A program made the position numbers and the translations under genes. The notes beneath the pieces were generated by a model that was not told the DNA's origin, did not search any database, and was given only the letters and a program-made list of their open reading frames with translations. A stretch of 64,000 bases of DNA. Source: a virus (taxonomy: Duplodnaviria > Heunggongvirae > Uroviricota > Caudoviricetes). Where the stretch lies: the IMG/VR virus record IMGVR_UViG_3300031867_000033, positions 344-64,343 of that record, one strand, 5' to 3'. The number at the start of each line of letters is the position of its first letter. The stretch's first letter is position 1. Shown here in pieces: positions 60,121 to 64,000 of this stretch.

Positions 60121-61345
60121 GTGTTATTAACTTAGTTCGTTAAACTAAGCAACTAACCATGCTATGGTTTTTAAAGAGTGCCACAAACACTCTTCGCAGC
60201 TATATTTATAGCCGCATTTATATCTCTATCCATTTCAAAACCACAAGAGCATTTAAATACTCTATCTTTAAGAGTTAATTTGATTCTATTTCCACAGAAA
60301 CTACAGGTTTGACTAGTATAGACAGGATTTACTTCATATAAATCCGTTCCAAACTTTTTACATTTCCACTTTAAAGTATCAGTAAATCTACTTAAAGGAT
60401 TAATTTGAATTAGTCTTCTTCTATTTTTATTAGACATTTTAATTTTAGCATTAGTTAAATCTTCTATTGCTATATTATTATATCTACACAGTCTAGTAGT
60501 TGTTTGTTCTATGAAATCTTTCTTTAAATTTTCAAATCTTTCATAAGCTAATTTTACTTTATTGTTTAACTTATTCCAATTGTTTGAATTTTTATTTTTC
60601 TTATCTCTTAAAGATTTTAGCTTATTTATTCTATAAAATTCTCTTGTAACACTTTTCGGATAATTTATAAATTCACCACTAGAACTTGTCATAAAGTTCT
60701 TTATACCCCAATCAAGCCCTATAGTAGTTAAACTGTTCTGCTTAACAGGTTCAGAAATATTATAGCTGCCGGTAATATACCATTTACCAGATTCATATTT
60801 AAACCTTGGTTCTTTTATCTCTAATATATTAAACTTAGTTATATATTTCTTATCAACAACTATTTTTGATTTACCTTTTACCGAAAAATTTCTAGCAGAC
60901 GGTAATTGAATTTTAAAATTTTTAATATTAAGATTCTATGAAGGTAAATAGAATGATTGTTTATTCGGGTTATACTTGTGGAATTTTGGTCTCTACCCTA
61001 TCTTTTTATAAACTCTATTTACGGAATTGGCATAATTATAAAGAACGCCTCTATATAATCGCTTAGGAAGTGATATTTCTGTATTAAAATCTTTTATAAG
61101 ATTTTCTTCATTATACTTAATAATTCCAAAAGAGCTTACATTAGGTAAATTATCCTAAAATTTCTCTACGAGAAAATTTCTCATAATATGAGAGTATTTA
61201 CAATAAATAAACAAAATTTCTTCTTGTTCTTTAGTTGGATAGATTCTAAATTTACAACCTTTTAACATTTGATTTTCACCTCCTATTGTAATATATTAAG
61301 TCTCTCACTTTAAATATATTATAACTTAAAACAGAGATAAAATCA
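60121..61345 (-). mobile_element. IS200/IS605-family TnpB-only element, copy 3, inserted into 5' end of MFS gene
   Basis: Right-end motif TGTTATTAACT...AACCATGCTATGGT and left-end motif shared with copies 1 and 2. Confidence 0.65.
60171..61268 (-). CDS. tnpB: TnpB, ~366 aa, 3 in-frame TAG
   Basis: ATG at 61266-61268 after GGAGGTGAAAATCAA; MLKGCKFRIYPTKEQEE...; TAGs at F(Q)D, G(Q)R, S(Q)N. Confidence 0.75.
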
Positions 61346-61795
61346 AATATTTGACATGGCTAATTCTCTATTTTTCAATAGAGCATAGGTCATATCATAA
61401 TCCTTAAACTAAGGATCCTCCCCATTTCAGATTCACTTGAATCCTACTCCATTTCTGGATGACCGTCGAACCTTCTCCTGTTCGGAGCTTGGCTGCTGAT
61501 TGTCGATTACATTAATATTTAGGTTTGCACCATATATTATCTAATTATTTCTTTCTACTTTCGTAACATTCACGCTTAGTTGTATTTCAAACTTACGTTG
61601 TAGTATAATTAGCTTTACGACTTCCCAGCAATTAAAGGAGTTATTCGACACTAATTACTTAGTGAAGTGGCAATTACTTACCATTTATTTCTTTTCATTT
61701 AATTCCTCCTTTTAATTTAAAGCCTTAATCTACAATGCGCCGCAACATCATAAAATCTATCAAACATGATAGGGCGGCGCAATGTAAGAATTAAT

Positions 61796-62329
61796 TCAAA
61801 TAAAATTTTCTTTAAAATATGTTTTTGAACAGTCAACAAAATAATCAGAAATTCGTTTCCAACAGCGTTGATTTGTACTACCTCGAAAATCTAGTATTCT
61901 TGTCTTTTTTTCTTTCTCATATCGTCCGTCTATTAAATAATCAATATTTCTTAATATTAAAGCAGTATACTCTTTTTCTATATCCTTTCTTGTTTGCAAT
62001 TCTTCAAAAGTATAACCAGTATAAAGTATAATATTCTAGTTATTTTCCTAAGTAATTGGTTTTATAGCTGTAAGAAGTAGTATTATTCCTTCTAAATTTT
62101 TTGGATGTAAAGGATCTCCACCTGAAATTACCAAATTCTTAATATGAGAATTTTCCAAGTTAGAACGAATTTCATCTATTTTTTTATCAAGTGGTATTCC
62201 ATAATTAAAGTCCCAAGCTATTTTATTATGACATTCAGGACATGCATGAGTACAACCTGATACAAATACTACTGTCGATAAACCCCTTGCATTACCTGAA
62301 TCAAAATTAATTATATTTGCTATATTCAT
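61796..62329 (-). CDS. nrdG: anaerobic ribonucleotide reductase activating protein (radical SAM), 177 aa, 2 in-frame TAG; TGA stop
   Basis: GLSTVVFVSGCTHACPECHN (Cx3Cx2C); track ORFs 62048..62329 and 61796..61999 joined by TAG at 62048-62050. Confidence 0.7.
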
Positions 62330-62417
62330 TTTTATTCCTCACTTTTTGATTATAATGCGCCGCGATATCATAAGTCCTATGACTTACAATAAACAGCGCA
62401 TTGTAAAATTTTTAGTT

Positions 62418-63307
62418 TAAATGCTTAACTCTTTATTTAAAATTTCTTCTAATTTTTCTATGGTATTATCTTTATATGTAATTTCATACAATCTAATACC
62501 ATATTTTTTACAATAATCTCGTTTCTTTTGGTCGTATTTTTGCTATTGTTTAAATTTATCAATACCACCAAAATACTCTACACTTCTATAATGCTATTCG
62601 CCCTAATATTCTAAAAGAAAATCATTAATTTTAAAATCAAAAAATAATTTTCCATTTTCTCCCTTTAAATCTTCAAAGCTATATTGAGGAATAAAATCAA
62701 TATTATGCTCTTTTAAATAATTACTAATTATCACTTCATTTTTAGAATGGCGTAAACAATTGCAATTAAAAGAGCGTCTTTCCTGAATAGTATCGCCTCG
62801 AATTACTCCTATTGTATTACATTTAAGGCATATAACATTCCAATATGCACTGTTTCCTTTACCAGATTTTTCTTCATTTAAGGATAAAACCTTTAAATCA
62901 TCAAAAACCTAATTAGTTAAATCTTTAATTCTACCTTTTGTTTTTAAACATCCACATGATTTTACTGCTCCTCTTTTTAAATCTGCCGCCCATACATCGT
63001 GAATATTTCCACAAGAACATCTACACGTCCAAAAAGTTTTTCCTCTTTCTTTGGTTAAGTCTTTATTTAAAAATAAAACTGTTAATTGCCCATAAATCTA
63101 ATTAGTTAAATCTTCTAATTCTCCTTTTTTTGGATAATGAGATATATCTATATTATATTTTTCTGCATATTTTCTAATTAATGGAGCATTGTTAGTTTTT
63201 TTATATCCAAATCTTTCTAACGCTTCTTTCGCGGTCTTTGATGAGGAAATAATTTCAATTATTTCCTCATCACTAAATTTTTCTATTTTACAAATTGCCA
63301 TACACAT
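62418..63307 (-). CDS. HTH + Zn-ribbon-repeat + DUF559 endonuclease-like protein, family copy C (~296 aa, ~6 TAG), between nrdD and nrdG
   Basis: N-terminal HTH (track ORF 63098..63307), WTCRCSCGN...KSCGCL, C-terminal FFDFKINDFLLEY(Q)GE(Q)HY; stop TAA 62418-62420. Confidence 0.6.
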
Positions 63308-63607
63308 TTCCTCAATTTAAATGTTTAACTCTATTAATTATATCAGATGACCTTGCTTTATTAGGAGTATAATTACTAATATCATTTACTACCCTCGGTT
63401 TCCCGATATTTTTTAAGGGATTGGACTATACCTTCATAATATTTATGTCGCTATTATAGTCTCTGAACGTCTCTCTCTAACAAGAGATTTCGCTGCGTTT
63501 GATTACCCAATCCTTAACGATTTTACCGTACCAGTTCCGTTACTAACTGCCGTATTAATATCACTATTAATATTTGGTTGTTAAGGCTCTAAGGGAGTCC
63601 CCGCAAT

Positions 63608-64000
63608 TTAAGCGATTTTAAGTGACCTATTAATAATTAAGCCACAAATTCTATATGATGTTCTTACTTTCTCAGGGTTAGTTTCTCCACAACGAGGGCA
63701 TTTCCATCTTACTGTTCCATCTTCTGCTGCAACCTTTTTAAAATCATATCCTTCAAATCCACAAGAACCACAACTAGAAACTTCCGAATTAATCTCTGCA
63801 TATAAACATTCATTGCCAATATGCTCTATTATTTCAAGCATAGCATCAAGATTATTACTCATACAAGGAACTTCAACATAACTAATACTTCCACTAGTAG
63901 TTTTATTACTAAATTGTGCTTCATTAGTTAACTTAGTAAAAGCATCAACTTCTTCGCTTACTAAATAATGATACGAATTAGTTATAAAATTTCTATCCGA
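63608..64000 (-). CDS. nrdD: anaerobic ribonucleoside-triphosphate reductase, C-terminal part (5' end beyond window)
   Basis: C-terminal Zn ribbon CGSCG...CPRCG followed by glycyl-radical-like RTSYRICGLI; reading frame stays open upstream to the window edge. Confidence 0.6.
   Translation of the reverse strand, partial: SDRNFITNSYHYLVSEEVDAFTKLTNEAQFSNKTTSGSISYVEVPCMSNNLDAMLEIIEHIGNECLYAEINSEVSSCGSCGFEGYDFKKVAAEDGTVRWKCPRCGETNPEKVRTSYRICGLIINRSLKIA

Noticed and set aside
1-64000. Eukaryotic (ciliate-type, code 6) or giant-virus origin, suggested by AT richness and TAG reassignment
   Set aside because: TAA is clearly a stop here, so code 6 does not fit. Genes have Shine-Dalgarno sites, TAATG / ATGA start-stop overlaps, intrinsic terminators, bacterial-type tRNAs, IS200/IS605 TnpB and homing-endonuclease genes between nrdD and nrdG. 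This is a prokaryotic-virus-like organisation.
1-64000. CRISPR array
   Set aside because: The only regularly spaced direct repeats are the 21-22-bp iteron arrays (1962-2096, 58470-58680) and one 38-bp tandem duplication (46200-46330). None has the repeat-spacer organisation or repeat length of a CRISPR array.

Overview
This is an AT-rich window, roughly 70% A+T by eye, with almost every gene on the minus strand. I read it as part of a large phage or phage-like genome. It has bacterial-type Shine-Dalgarno sites (GGAGG / AAGGAG 5-9 nt before ATG), back-to-back and start/stop-overlapping genes (TAATG), intrinsic terminators, tRNA genes, homing endonucleases and IS200/IS605-type TnpB elements.

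The central observation is that TAG is almost certainly a sense codon for Gln (translation table 15-like), while TAA and TGA still terminate.
- Three TnpB paralogs in the window are continuous only if TAG is read through.
- At five alignable positions, a TAG in one TnpB copy sits exactly where another copy has CAA/CAG (Q).
- Many stretches of 250-360 codons contain 2-16 in-frame TAGs but no TAA or TGA.

Many ORFs in the supplied standard-code track are therefore fragments. I re-joined them by hand where I could.

Recognisable contents:
- **NAD+ salvage / ADP-ribose cluster:** Nampt-like, NadE, a PncA-like isochorismatase-family hydrolase, a Prs-like phosphoribosyltransferase, a Macro domain protein and an ADP-ribosylglycohydrolase.
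- **RNA-repair toolkit:** a Thg1-like 3'-5' nucleotidyltransferase, an Rnl1-type RNA ligase, a P-loop polynucleotide kinase fused to an HD phosphohydrolase, and a possible Ro60-like TROVE+vWA protein. A GC-rich structured RNA candidate lies about 450 bp from the Ro60-like gene.
- **Anaerobic ribonucleotide reductase:** nrdD (partial, at the window edge) and nrdG, with an endonuclease gene between them.
- **Other proteins:** an SPFH/band-7 protein, a vWA protein, a Cys-based (HCx5R) phosphatase, a HAD 5'-nucleotidase-like enzyme and a hexapeptide-repeat beta-helix protein.
- **An OFA-family MFS transporter** that has lost its 5' end to a TnpB insertion.

Selfish elements are unusually dense: three TnpB elements, three GIY-YIG endonucleases, and four copies of an HTH + Zn-ribbon-repeat + DUF559 (PD-(D/E)xK) endonuclease-like family.

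There are two RNA-gene islands (about 41.8-42.5 kb and 49.5-54.1 kb). Both hold canonical tRNAs mixed with tRNA-like halves, minihelices and other structured segments. I could not close these into canonical tRNAs by eye.

Intergenic regions are highly stereotyped:
- A conserved promoter-like element of about 50 bp recurs before at least 28 genes.
- A family of GC-rich palindromic hairpin elements (core GCGCCGCGG / GCGCCGGCGC, often as TACAATGCGCCGCGGTAYCATAA ... inverted partner) has about 50 copies. Some are followed by a U-tract and are clear intrinsic terminators. A few lie inside coding sequence.
- Two paralogous modules consist of a winged-helix Rep-like gene, an array of 5-6 iteron-like 21-22 bp direct repeats, and a shared GC-rich hairpin cluster.

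All coordinates, joins and functional calls are by eye, without alignments or folding software.
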